From Piedraia hortae CBS 480.64 (taxonomy: Eukaryota): a stretch of DNA of 45,101 nt. The notes beneath the pieces were generated by a model. It made no database searches and was not told the origin of the DNA. It saw only the letters and a list, made by a program, of their open reading frames with translations. Below are positions 1-10,589 of the stretch, in pieces. Positions within the stretch are counted from its first letter, which is position 1. Every line of letters begins with the position of its first letter. The stretch covers positions 1 through 45,101 of the forward strand of contig MU006008.1 in assembly GCA_010093745.1 (NCBI GenBank). The letters run 5' to 3'. A program made the position numbers and the translations under genes.

Positions 1-253
1 GAATGGCGTTCCAGCCTTGAGAATGACAGCTCTTTTTCTTTCGTAGCTCATGGTCTCTGGAAGCTCCGCTTTCGCTTCGAGACTCAATTTGAATAGCGCT
101 TGTTAGCGGTAGAGCCCGGGCTCATAACCTATTATAATTGTGAGCAGATGTGTACCTGCATACAAATCTCTACGGAAAACTAGTTGACACGTCAAGTCGA
201 GAGCCGAGCGACAGTTACTAATAATGCGCGTAATATACCGCATATTCACAACA
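1..253 (-). mobile_element. 5' end of a Ty1/copia LTR retrotransposon running off the left edge (LTR 130-253, PBS 118-129, start of gag)
   Basis: Reverse complement aligns closely with 4835-5090. LTR begins TGTTG at 253 and is followed directly by the PBS GGTTATGAGCCC. Confidence 0.95.
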
Positions 254-292
254 CACCCGCTCGTAGAGACGAGGAGACGTAGAGACGTAAGA

Positions 293-1375
293 ATGTCATC
301 TCTCCTGCCGGGTTCGTCCTCTCCTTCCTCTGTCTTCTTCATTAACACCACGTAGGCTCCAGAAATGAACGCCTCCTTATGCGCCAGCGCGGCGCTGGGT
401 ATGTGTGTTCCTTTGTCGCCGTCGCCACTGACTGACGCGCCCAGAGCGAGACGGATTGTTGCGCAGTTTGAGTTTGATCTTGGGTTGGGTGGTAGTCCTG
501 CGGGGGGGTGTCAGGAGGTGAAAGATGCACCGGAAGGTAGGGCTGCTGGACAGTCTAATGGAGATGAGGAGGGTGTGAAGGCTGTGGAAGATGCGAAGTT
601 TTCAGGGGAGGATGCGAAGGTTATAGATGAGCATGTAAAGGGCACGGCAAGGAAAAGAGAGGTGAAGTCAAAAGCTGGGAAAGAGGTGACTGCTGCCAAA
701 CCCAAACCGAGGGCGACTGGTGCTTCAAGTCGAAAAAGAAAGACGAAAACGATGCCTGATATAGACCAGATCGACCCTGGGGATGAGGGAAAGCCCCCGC
801 GGGGAAGAGCACTTACAGCAAAGACGCCAAATGCGGTCGTTGAGGCCAGTGAATTTGCTGATGAGGTCGTGGTCGAGGAAGAGATCAGAAGGCCGGGGAA
901 GAGAAGCGTTCGGGCAAAGGGCGGTGATGGGAAGGAATTGCCAGCAGCGAATACAGCAAAGAGGAAAGAAAACACCCCCACTGGCAACAGAGCTAAACGA
1001 ACTGCTACGGAAGATATTGAACATATTTCGCCCGCCCCCAAGCGGAGGACCAAGGCAGCCAAGGCTGCACAGCCCGTCTCAGACGCTGCCAGGGGCAAAC
1101 CCAAGAATGTAGCTGCGAGGAAACGGGTGCATCGGGAAATTGACGTCTTGGATGATGCCGAGCACGACTCTGAGGATATTATCCAAGAGGAAAGCAGACG
1201 GCCAACTCGTCAGCCAGACACCGATGATGCTGGCACAGCTCAAAAGTCATCAAAACCTGCCCACCGCCCACCCCTGGGCCAAGCCAACGCCAACAAGTCT
1301 CCAAAGAAACGCTCCAAGCGGGTATCCGAAATGGACCTGGATGAACTGCTAGACAACGTTGCCCTCTTGAAATAG
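293..1375 (+). CDS. Lys/Arg/Glu-rich, probably disordered protein with N-terminal RNERLLMRQRGAG motif (Ame1/CENP-U N-terminal-like); introns 312-355 and 399-444
   Basis: Splicing GTTCGT..ATTAAC..TAG and GTATGT..CTGAC..CAG joins ATG 293 in frame to ORF 365-1375, giving MSSLLPGSRNERLLMRQRGAGARRIVAQFEFDLG. Family link is from recalled motif similarity only. Confidence 0.65.
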
Positions 1376-1424
1376 ACTACTGTAAACCTTGTTGAGGGCC
1401 TGGTGCCCCCTTCAATCATGAACC

Positions 1425-2234
1425 TCACTCACGCACTTTGATAGTCGCACGGGGATCAAACGGTCTGTAGAGAAAGATTTTTTGCCAACGCGTGAGTCTG
1501 CCCGACTCGGTGTGCACCTGGTTGCTCTGCACTATGATATCCAGATACTTGAAGCGCACATTCCAATGTGTGCGGCCGAAAATCCAGTGTGTGATGGTAC
1601 ACGACTGGCCAACTCGACGGACAATATCGAGTGCATTACTGACAAAGCACTGCGAATATTCGTTGCCCTCGTGGGCGGGATGGCTGACCTTTTTCTGCAG
1701 CGGCGCATAGTACGTGGCCACCACGACTCTCTTCTCCGAGCCCAGCCGGGAAACTTCTCGCAGAAGCCAGTCAAGATCGGCCTTGTGCTTGGCGTTGTGC
1801 TGCTCCACCGTCCATTGGTCGATGTGGCGAAAGTTCTTGGTCAGGCCAAGATCGTTGCGAATGTGAGAGTACAAGGTGCACCCAAGGATTGTGACTTCCG
1901 AGCCCGGCACGTCGTAGCGGCTGCGGTTGAGGAGCTGCAGCTTGCCCTGGACGGCCGGGTCTTGGGTCAGCTGGTGCAGTAGCTGCAGACCTTGGTCGTG
2001 CGAAGTGCCGTAAAACTCGCTGTTGCCGGCTACCAGCAGCACCTTGTCGTAGGCGGCACAACACTGCAGCATGAAGCAACGGTAGCCGGCGTAGTCGCTT
2101 AACCGGCCAATGTCGCCTACGAGCAACAGGATCGACGCTGCCGGATCGCCCAGCGCAAACTTGTATCCAACCTGCTCCAAGTGCAGATCTGACATGAACT
2201 GGATCCTGACGCTCCGTGGCCGGGGAAAGAACAT
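1425..2234 (-). CDS. Calcineurin-like metallophosphoesterase with degenerate metal-binding motifs
   Basis: SDLHLE and GDIG are intact. GNSE replaces GNHE, TYYAP replaces THHAP, GRTH replaces GHTH. Intronless 269-aa ORF. Confidence 0.85.
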   Translation of the reverse strand: MFFPRPRSVRIQFMSDLHLEQVGYKFALGDPAASILLLVGDIGRLSDYAGYRCFMLQCCAAYDKVLLVAGNSEFYGTSHDQGLQLLHQLTQDPAVQGKLQLLNRSRYDVPGSEVTILGCTLYSHIRNDLGLTKNFRHIDQWTVEQHNAKHKADLDWLLREVSRLGSEKRVVVATYYAPLQKKVSHPAHEGNEYSQCFVSNALDIVRRVGQSCTITHWIFGRTHWNVRFKYLDIIVQSNQVHTESGRLTRWQKIFLYRPFDPRATIKVRE

Positions 2235-2487
2235 TTTGCTTATGATATCATGCTGTTTTGCTGGTGTTGATGTGCTGCCTGCTGCTGCTGGACGATTCTG
2301 GCTTGCTAACTGCTGCTATATGCTGACAGCTTTGGCACCTTTACCTCTCTTCTAATTGTGCAGAGTTTGCCGGCTCGGTCCGGTTCAATTTGTACGCTGC
2401 GCTGCATGGCCCTTGCTGCATCTTTCCGCTGTCGGGACATGCAGCCCAATATCTGCAAAGTGGCTAATCCCTGATTCGCTGTGCAGT

Positions 2488-3150
2488 CTACAAGCCAAAG
2501 AAGAGGCCGTTTTGCACAATATTAAGCTGATATGGACTTGGCTCAAGCACTCCCGGGCTCATGACGGCCTTTTTCGACGCCTGTAATATCTCGTCGCCGA
2601 CAATTGCCTGAAACATACTCTCCAGGTATGGATGACGCCTAAGCGCCTGCCCCATCATGTGTCTGCTCAGTTCTTGGGTGCGTTTTTTTATTTCCTTTGG
2701 GTACCGTTCGCCGAGCCAGATCAGATCCACGGCATCTGTCTGCTGAATCCTCATTGACGCTGCAGATAGCTTTCCCTTGAACACCAGAACCGGGTCAAGG
2801 ATGCGCGTCAAGGACCGACCAAATTTCCTCCCGGTGACTGGGGCCAGTTCCGTCTTTATCCGGTCTATCGCGGCCGGATAAAACTTGACTGTGATGCGAC
2901 GATCCCCCCAAATGTAACCCACAACATCTGACCGGCTGCTGCTCAGCATGATGAACCCATCGGCTTGAGTCAACCGTGCAGCGAGCGTTTCCTTGTTGCA
3001 GGCGACTGCACAATCAATATCTTTACTCTCCCTCGGGCCCTCGAGCGCGGTAACAGCATACCCGCCAAAAATTCCAAAATCAAATCCCTGTCCGCCGAGA
3101 ACTCGATAGATGGCGATAGCCGCATCGCTAAGATCCGATGCCTTGTCCAT
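2488..3150 (-). CDS. Nucleotidyltransferase-fold protein, AbiEii/Pol-beta-like
   Basis: N-terminal hhGG..h motif FGIFGGYAV, then RESKDIDC (DxD), and C-terminal KLSAASMR..TDAVDL (K..R..D..D). Intronless 220 aa. Confidence 0.75.
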   Translation of the reverse strand: MDKASDLSDAAIAIYRVLGGQGFDFGIFGGYAVTALEGPRESKDIDCAVACNKETLAARLTQADGFIMLSSSRSDVVGYIWGDRRITVKFYPAAIDRIKTELAPVTGRKFGRSLTRILDPVLVFKGKLSAASMRIQQTDAVDLIWLGERYPKEIKKRTQELSRHMMGQALRRHPYLESMFQAIVGDEILQASKKAVMSPGVLEPSPYQLNIVQNGLFFGL

Positions 3151-4595
3151 TATTTCCGAATTTTTATTACCACTGTGTCACCCCTCTCCTCCCTCTTACC
3201 CATCCCCGAGGGGACACTAAAATGGGGAAAAAAGAAGGGAACAATAACTTAGAAATGGTTCTTTCATTCGGCATAAAAAAGGGATCGACACGATCCTCCC
3301 CTCGCTGTTCATCCGGTCATGCGGGTTTGCCGACATGTGCCAGTTGTTTCTTTTTTGGCAACTTGTGACACCTAAGCCACGTGTGGTTCGGACAATTTGC
3401 CCTTTATGTAGTTCTGGTCCGATGGATTTTAACTTTTCTTTTACCAAGTAAATCCCTTTGGGTCGAGGCCCTTATCTCTTGTGAGTGCTCTCATGCGGGG
3501 AATTTCTCGCCACCCGGCGGCTGCATCTGGTTGTTTCTGCCGTGCGCCGCTTTGGGTCATAAAATGCAGGCTGACTGTATTGTTGAACCGATCTGTCTAC
3601 TGGTGCAGGTGGTTTTGTACGGACGTTGATGTTGGTTGTCGTTTACGGGCCCGTGGCGTCGGTCGGCTGCTGTTCAGCCTGACACGGGAAGCATTCCAAC
3701 TGGCTGCTAAGATCCGAATCTGTAGCCTGATGGCGTCTATGGCTGCAGACAACTGGACGAGTTGGAAGTATTCAGGAAGTGGTAGACGGTATACTCTCCG
3801 AGGCTGGATCACCAACACGATAGCCCGCCAGCATGTCGACACTCACAACTCCCACGCCCATGTGAACTCCTTGAGTCTTGCCACCAAAGTTGAGCGCGAA
3901 TACGGCTGGGCGGGAACGGGCTTTTCTCGGTAGGGACCCATATGTCGGAAAGAAAGCCCATGCATGGCCTTGCGTTGGTGTGAGCGACGGAAAAACCTTC
4001 CTGATCAATGTGCTTTGAATCGCCTCATACTTCAGTTCTCGTTTGGGACGGGAGCTGTGAAACTGAGATGCTCGCCTCTCACGTCGTATCGATTGCGTCC
4101 CGCACTGCCGTCTCCTCCTACTCAGTCTACAGGCGCATCGTAGCTCAGCTGGTCTGATAGTTTTAACCCCTCTGTCCATGTTCCGGTGAAGGTGTATGAG
4201 GTAAGCACAACAGATCATCGCGATCAAACACCTCCCGAGATTTAGGGATGGAATTGCTCCTGCTTGGGTTTCACAGATTATCCGACCTCATGAAGGGACG
4301 GGCTACTACGTGACGTTGGGAAGCGAATCTTGACACAGCCAAGCCAACTACTCAGGGGTAGGATCGACTCGTGTACTCTTCACTATTCTAATATACAGAA
4401 AGCTTAACTATCTCTCCCGTCACCTTCCTTTGGTAATATCTTTCCCTAAATCTACCAAAGATGTTAATGACAAGAAAGCCGATGCCCATCTCTCTTTCTC
4501 ACTGTCATTGGAAGAGAGATCAATGGTCCTGAACCACCTGTTCATGACTTACCCGCCAATTCACCATTCTTGGGCCGCATAAATCCCCCATTTAT

Positions 4596-4821
4596 TGTCA
4601 GGACTCAGGGCCTACGTCATGCGGAAGGGCCCGGTCCGTCCGCGGCCCGAGTCTAGTGGCTCAGGCGGCACTGACTTTTCTCTCTTCTTCATGCGTTGTT
4701 CTCTGTCTACATAGGGTCTATGCAGTCCTCTCGTCCATAGCCCATTGCTTTGAGCCTCTTGTCCTTGTCTCTCATCGATCCCTTGACTCCGACCCCTCAT
4801 CCTTCGCCTCGTGTCGTGACA
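4596..4821. mobile_element. Solo LTR of a second retrotransposon family (226 bp, probably Ty3/gypsy type)
   Basis: Termini TGTCAGGAC...GTCGTGACA form an imperfect inverted repeat with TG..CA ends, flanked by the direct repeat TTTAT (4591-4595 and 4822-4826). Confidence 0.85.
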
Positions 4822-4834
4822 TTTATGGAGGTTT

Positions 4835-4960
4835 TGTTGTGAATATGCGGTATATTACCTGTATTATTAGTAATCGGTGCTCGGCTCTCGACTTGACGCG
4901 TCAACTAGTTTTCCGTAGACTTGTATGCATACTGGTACATATCTACTCACAATCATAATA
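4835..4960 (+). repeat. 5' LTR of copia element
   Basis: TGTTG...ATAATA; 11 mismatches versus 9791-9916 by manual count. Confidence 0.95.
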
Positions 4961-4972
4961 GGTTATGAGCCC
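4961..4972 (+). promoter_or_regulatory. Primer-binding site complementary to the initiator tRNA-Met anticodon stem-loop
   Basis: GGTTATGAGCCC abuts the LTR; this is the half-tRNA priming type used by Drosophila copia and yeast Ty5. Confidence 0.85.
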
Positions 4973-5096
4973 GGGCTCTACCGCTAACAAGCGCTATTCA
5001 AATTGAGTCTCGAAACGAAAGCGGAGCTTCCAGAGACCATGAGCTACGGAAGGAAAAGAGCTGTCATTCTCAAGGCTGGAACGCCATTCGAGGCAT

Positions 5097-5331
5097 NNNN
5101 NNNNNNNNNNNNNNNNNNNNNNNNNNNNNNNNNNNNNNNNNNNNNNNNNNNNNNNNNNNNNNNNNNNNNNNNNNNNNNNNNNNNNNNNNNNNNNNNNNNN
5201 NNNNNNNNNNNNNNNNNNNNNNNNNNNNNNNNNNNNNNNNNNNNNNNNNNNNNNNNNNNNNNNNNNNNNNNNNNNNNNNNNNNNNNNNNNNNNNNNNNNN
5301 NNNNNNNNNNNNNNNNNNNNNNNNNNNNNNN
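5097..5331. other. Assembly gap (N run) inside gag
   Basis: Run of N bases. Confidence 1.
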
Positions 5332-8300
5332 CAGATTTCCGAGACTCATAAGCCGTCGATGACAACACCGGCTATAGAGGCGCTGGCAAACCTGACCAGC
5401 ACCCGCTTCACTACCACCGCCGAAGGGTATTGCACTACATTTGTCAGGAACTTACAAACCTACTGCAGCGCGTCCAAAAGCTATACTACGGCGAACAGCA
5501 CCCACGGGAAGAGTGAGACAAACCCATACTATATCACAGACGAGCTTGCATCGTGGTTTTTTTCACCTCGGGACTGCACACATCCCTTGGTTGGAAACGT
5601 GGCGAGCGACCGGAGCGATGGCAAACAATCGGCTGTTTGACAATCTCGAACATATGATGTCCACATTGTGGACAGCTGCGGGGACCAGGGCGCTGACCAC
5701 GCCGTCACAGCGGCCATCGGTGAACATGCCGCAGGTCGTTGCAGCAGCCGCAACAAGCACTCCAGATCCCGAAGATAGGTGCACAAAGTGCTGGCATAAA
5801 CACAAAAACAGAGAGTGTTTAAAGCAACACCCCGAACTGGCACTAACCAGTTTCAAGAGCGGAAAAGGCATAGCAGTCAAGAAGATCCAACCAATGCGTG
5901 GTAACGCTGCCCTGGCAATACAAAGCGATTCCTCCAGCGATGAAGATGTTCACCAGGTAAACACCCCGCCGTCCATTGGCATAAAGACACTCCAGGTGGT
6001 TGCTCACTCCTCCAACAACATTAACGTCGAAGCGTTCCTTCTCGACACCCGATCGAGCTATCATTTTATCAAGAATAAAGCACTGTTCACATCATCGGAG
6101 AGTGCTAACCCCCCTGTTCGGTTTAGTCAGGCGGTCACCGAAAGTAAAGTCGAAAAAGTCGGCAAGGTAACAGTGGAAATAGGAAATACTACATTCCATG
6201 TTTCCAAAGCTGCGTACTCACCCAACTCGCCGTGTAACATCTTGTCAGCCGAAAGGCTTTGGAGGAAGAATTAAGTGTGGGCCCACAGACCTTCTCTGAT
6301 TCTCGTAAAAGAATGCAAGAATGGATCACGGCCCATCGCAAGCCTGAAAGCAATTAATGACGTGTTGATAATTGTGCCCCTCTCACTATCCAGTGCACAA
6401 TCGCGAACTTCCTTCAAACAAATCATCACGGCTCCAGCCGTCGGAAAACGCCTGTCAACCGCCGAACTCTGGCATCAGAGACTTGGACATGTTGGGACAA
6501 TGATTCTGTCGAGAACGAAACAGGTAGCCGTCGGGCTCGAGGGATTAGATCTGTCAGAGCTTGCACATTGTGAACCATGCCATCTAGGCAAGGCCCAGAG
6601 GGTTGTGTCTAGGAAACCACAACCGAAACCTAAGGCCCCCCTCGACAAGATTCACGTCGATACCGTGGGTCCAGTGGAGCACGATACGCTACAACAACAT
6701 CGCTGGATATTCATCCTCACAGACGCGAACGGCAGATTTCGATGGGCAATCACAGGTGCCACCAAAGGAGAAGCGGCAACGAGCCTGAAGGACGTCATAA
6801 TCCAAATGCAGCATCAGTACAGCAGAGCTGTGAAGCTCATCTTCACGGACGGAGGAGCTGAATTCCAAAACAAAACAGTCCATGACATTGCTCGAGCGGC
6901 CGGCATTGAGATCGATGTATCGGCACCCTATACACCTGAACAGAATGGGACTGTCGATTCATCCAACAAGGTAATCAATCGACGAGCTCGAACGATGCTC
7001 ATAGACGCCAAGATGCCGCCAGAGTTGTGGTCATTAGCCGTGCACTATTCATGCTACGTAACCAATCACATCAAAACATCAAAACAGAAGCCATCCCAGC
7101 ACAAACGTTCATGAAAGGCTTGGATCAACCCACTGATGACCAATTAGATTTGAGCCACCTCAAAAGGTTTGACTGCAAAGCATATCCATTGATCCAACCG
7201 AGTGTCCAATCTAAATGGGTTCCACGAGCAGAGATCGGCTGGTTCGTAGGGTGTCAACCAAATACGATGACAAACTACAAAATTCTTGTTTGGAGATGGA
7301 ATAACAGATTCAACGCCTATCGACCCGTCATCATCATTACGCCTCATGTCTCGTTCGATGAGCAATTTGTCTATGGCGATTCGCTTACATCTACACAGCA
7401 GCAACAGATAGATTCCGGTTGGGCTAGCTCACCGATTGATTCTCTCCACTAGGGACATCCGACGATATATCAGCCTACGGGAAGCCCAGAGCATGTCGGA
7501 AATTTTCCAACAGTAGTCAATGAACACTCAAATTCGGCCGCCATATCATCAAACGTTTACCCTACACATTCGCAAGACGTTGTGATGGAAGACGAGGGCT
7601 TCGCGTCCATACCCAGTGCATTTCAAGTCCAGATATCACCGGCACAGGACATCGTCATGACAGATTCCCCGTCTCCGAAACTCGAGGGGGAGAACAAAAC
7701 CGCCGAAGGAGTGACAAGCGTGCGAAGCAATCAGGACAAACCGGGTAATTTTGGAATTAGAGAACATGGACCTGCGAATGGATATGAAGAGGAGGTCGTG
7801 GAATAGGGGGAGCAAAATCAGGAAGTAGTCGAATATCATTCCCCGGTCTCCTCTCAGCCAGTAAAGAAAATCAACATGTCAGACTGTGAGGTGACAACTG
7901 ACGAAGTGCAATCTCAAACTGAAAGTGAAGACAGCAATGCCCAAAACGCGCTCGTTGTGAGGGAACCAATGGAAAACGATGTCCACGCTGCACAGGACTA
8001 TCGAATGGATAAATTTCCAGATGAGTTCGAAGAGATCGTCGACACGCTGATGTTGCCATTTAAACCACCTAGATATGCGGGCGAGAAACGGCCACACTCT
8101 CTTTCTCCGCCGACAGCACCAGATGAACGTGTCCGGACAAGATCTGGAAGATCAGTGGTCAAGCATGGTTACAAGCGGTTGAATACCGGCGAGGACATAT
8201 TCCCAGGAAGCATCCCAACCATGACAGCAACAGCGCGAGGTATTCCAAGAACACTCCAAGAAGCAGTCAAAAGCCCTGGTGCGGCCAAGTGGAAAGCAGC

Positions 8301-9790
8301 GGCGCAGGCCGAAATCGACTCTCTGCAGGAATCCGGAACCATTGAGGTGATTGACAGGACAGAGTTGCCAAAGCACCGAAAGGTGATGACAGGGAAGTGG
8401 GTCCTTGCGAAGAAGCACAATCCCGACGGGTCCGTTGAGAAATACAAAGCACGTTAGACCGCCCGGGGCTATACCCAAGTCGCCGGTGCGGATTACACTG
8501 AAACCTTTGCGCCAACTCCTAGGGCAGCAACCGGAAGAGTCCTCCTCGGACTGGCAATACAGCATAATCGGCATAGAATTCAGATGGATGTAGCCGCTGC
8601 ATTCCTCGACCCAGACTTATACGTCGAATTCTACATTGAAATGCCAGAGAGATTCAAGCAGCCAGGGAGAATAATTCGCTTGAACAAAGCACTTTACGCC
8701 CTTAAACAATCGGCCGCACTTTGGAACGATCATGCAAGAGCAACTTTACGACGCCTGGGATTCCGCAGAACAGATTCGGATGCCTGCTTGTACGTCAATA
8801 AGTCCAAGACAGCCTACATCATCATGCACGTTGACGACTTGCAGATCTTCAGCAAATACAAGAACGAGCTGGACAGAGTGGTCGCCGGACTTCACCAAGC
8901 ATATCAGATGAAAGTCGTCACCAACAACCTCTACCTGGGCATAGAAATTCAAGAAAGTGATAATGAAATCAAGCTTTGTCAAACGCCCTATGCTTTGAAG
9001 CTGTTAAAGCGACACGGTCTAGAAGAATGTAAACCAGCCCAGACACCATTGGAAAGAATGTGCCAATTCAGACAAAGAGACACCGTCAGCGAGAGTCAAG
9101 GAATACAATCAGCTGATTGGAGGCTTGCAGTACCTGTCGAACCACACCAGGCCTGATATTGCCCATGCTACTAATCACTTGGCTCGCTTCTTGGCTAATC
9201 CATCCTCAGACCATGTGTAGCAGCTCGCCGAATTCTGCGATATGTAAAGGGGACAATGACAATGGCATAGTTTATCGAAAGTAACAAGACGGTACGAACG
9301 TCGTTGCATATTCCGCTGCAGACTTTGCTGGCGACCCATCCACGTCAATATCAACAGCTGGATTTCTCATAATGCTAAACAGAGCACCCGTTGTCTGAAG
9401 GTCAAAACTGCAACGGGACGTGGTACTCTCTTCGACAGAAGCTGAATATTTGGCTCTAACTGAAACCTGTCGCAAGCTTTTGTGGGTGAGGAATCTCTTC
9501 GAGGAATCGAATATCAACATTAATCGATCATCAAATGGCATCTCGAATTTCGTTGACAATCAGTCAGCCATCGCGCCGACCAAAAACTATGATAATCATC
9601 GAACGTCCAAGCACGTCAATCTGCGAAACCACTCTTGTCGCAGGCAGTATGAGAAGAAGAAAGTGGATGTCAAGTACATTCCAACGAAAGAACAGAAAGC
9701 AGACTCCCTGACCAAAGCGCGGTCGTCTATCCCTATCTTTTGATCGAAACCGCGCACCGTGGAGTGCTGAATCGAATCAGCAAGGGGGAG

Positions 9791-9916
9791 TGTTGTAAAT
9801 ATGCAGTATATTACGCGCATTATTAGTAATCGGTGCTCGGCTCTCGACTTGATGCGTCAACTAGTTTTCCGTAGACTTGTATGCATACTGGTACACATTT
9901 ATTCACAATTATAACA
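9791..9916 (+). repeat. 3' LTR of copia element
   Basis: TGTTG...ATAACA, preceded by the polypurine tract and followed by TSD GGTTT. Confidence 0.95.
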
Positions 9917-10589
9917 GGTTTCCTCAATCTATCTTACGTAACGAGTACGAAAATATCCACGAGCGCGAAGTAACTATGCCTACAGCATATTTTCCTACCG
10001 AACACGTAGATCCACTGTGAAGGATATCATTAAAAGAGGTCTACTCCACCCCTTCTATTTCCGCACACGTCAAACTTTAAACGATATCTGATCCCATCAT
10101 TCACCAAGCACACAAAATGGAAACTCTCACAAAGTGTGCATAAATAACTGAAAAGCATGACAACTTCCCTTCTGCCAAGCCGCCAAATCCCATTTCAGGA
10201 GGAATCACTGTGGACTGCATATACACCATGGTAACGGTCTTCAGCTGAGAAGCGACATTCTATCACCAGCCTAGGTCTTTACAAAACTATACATCGACTG
10301 GCCAGGTTTCCATGAGAAGAATGCATAATCGTTACCATTCCAATACAAACCTCGGAACCAATGCTAGTTCCCACCCAGCAACACAAGCTGACTTTTCACG
10401 TCTGTGGAAAATCAAGGAGAGATTAAGAGAAGTGTTCTCCAGAACTTCGTGAAACCCGCGTAGGCTCGCATGGAGGGCTATATGTGCCCCTACCCATCAT
10501 TTGTAAGTCATTGTTACCCCATTATACAAGTGCCTTATCAGCTTCCTTCAACCTATTGGAAAAAGTTGCATGAAGTATAATAATGATAG

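Larger units (their letters stand above)
4835..9916 (+). mobile_element. Full-length but decayed Ty1/copia LTR retrotransposon
   Basis: 126-bp LTRs, TSD GGTTT (4830-4834 and 9917-9921), PBS 4961-4972, PPT AAGGGGGAG 9782-9790. Domain order gag zinc knuckle (CTKCWHKHKNREC), protease (FLLDTRSSYHF), integrase (WHQRLGH..CEPC, HVDTVG, TDGGAEF, EQNG), RT (MDVAAAFL, KALYALKQS, HVDDL), RNase H (LSSTEAEY). Several stops and frameshifts. Confidence 0.97.

Noticed and set aside
3217..4560. Short ORFs upstream of the nucleotidyltransferase
   Set aside because: No recognisable motif or consistent splice model; possibly decayed sequence, left uncalled.
1..5096. Inverted repeats around the three-gene island as TIRs of a DNA transposon or a past inversion
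   Set aside because: They are the 5' ends of two copia copies, and the right copy retains its own matching TSD, so no exchange between them is evident.
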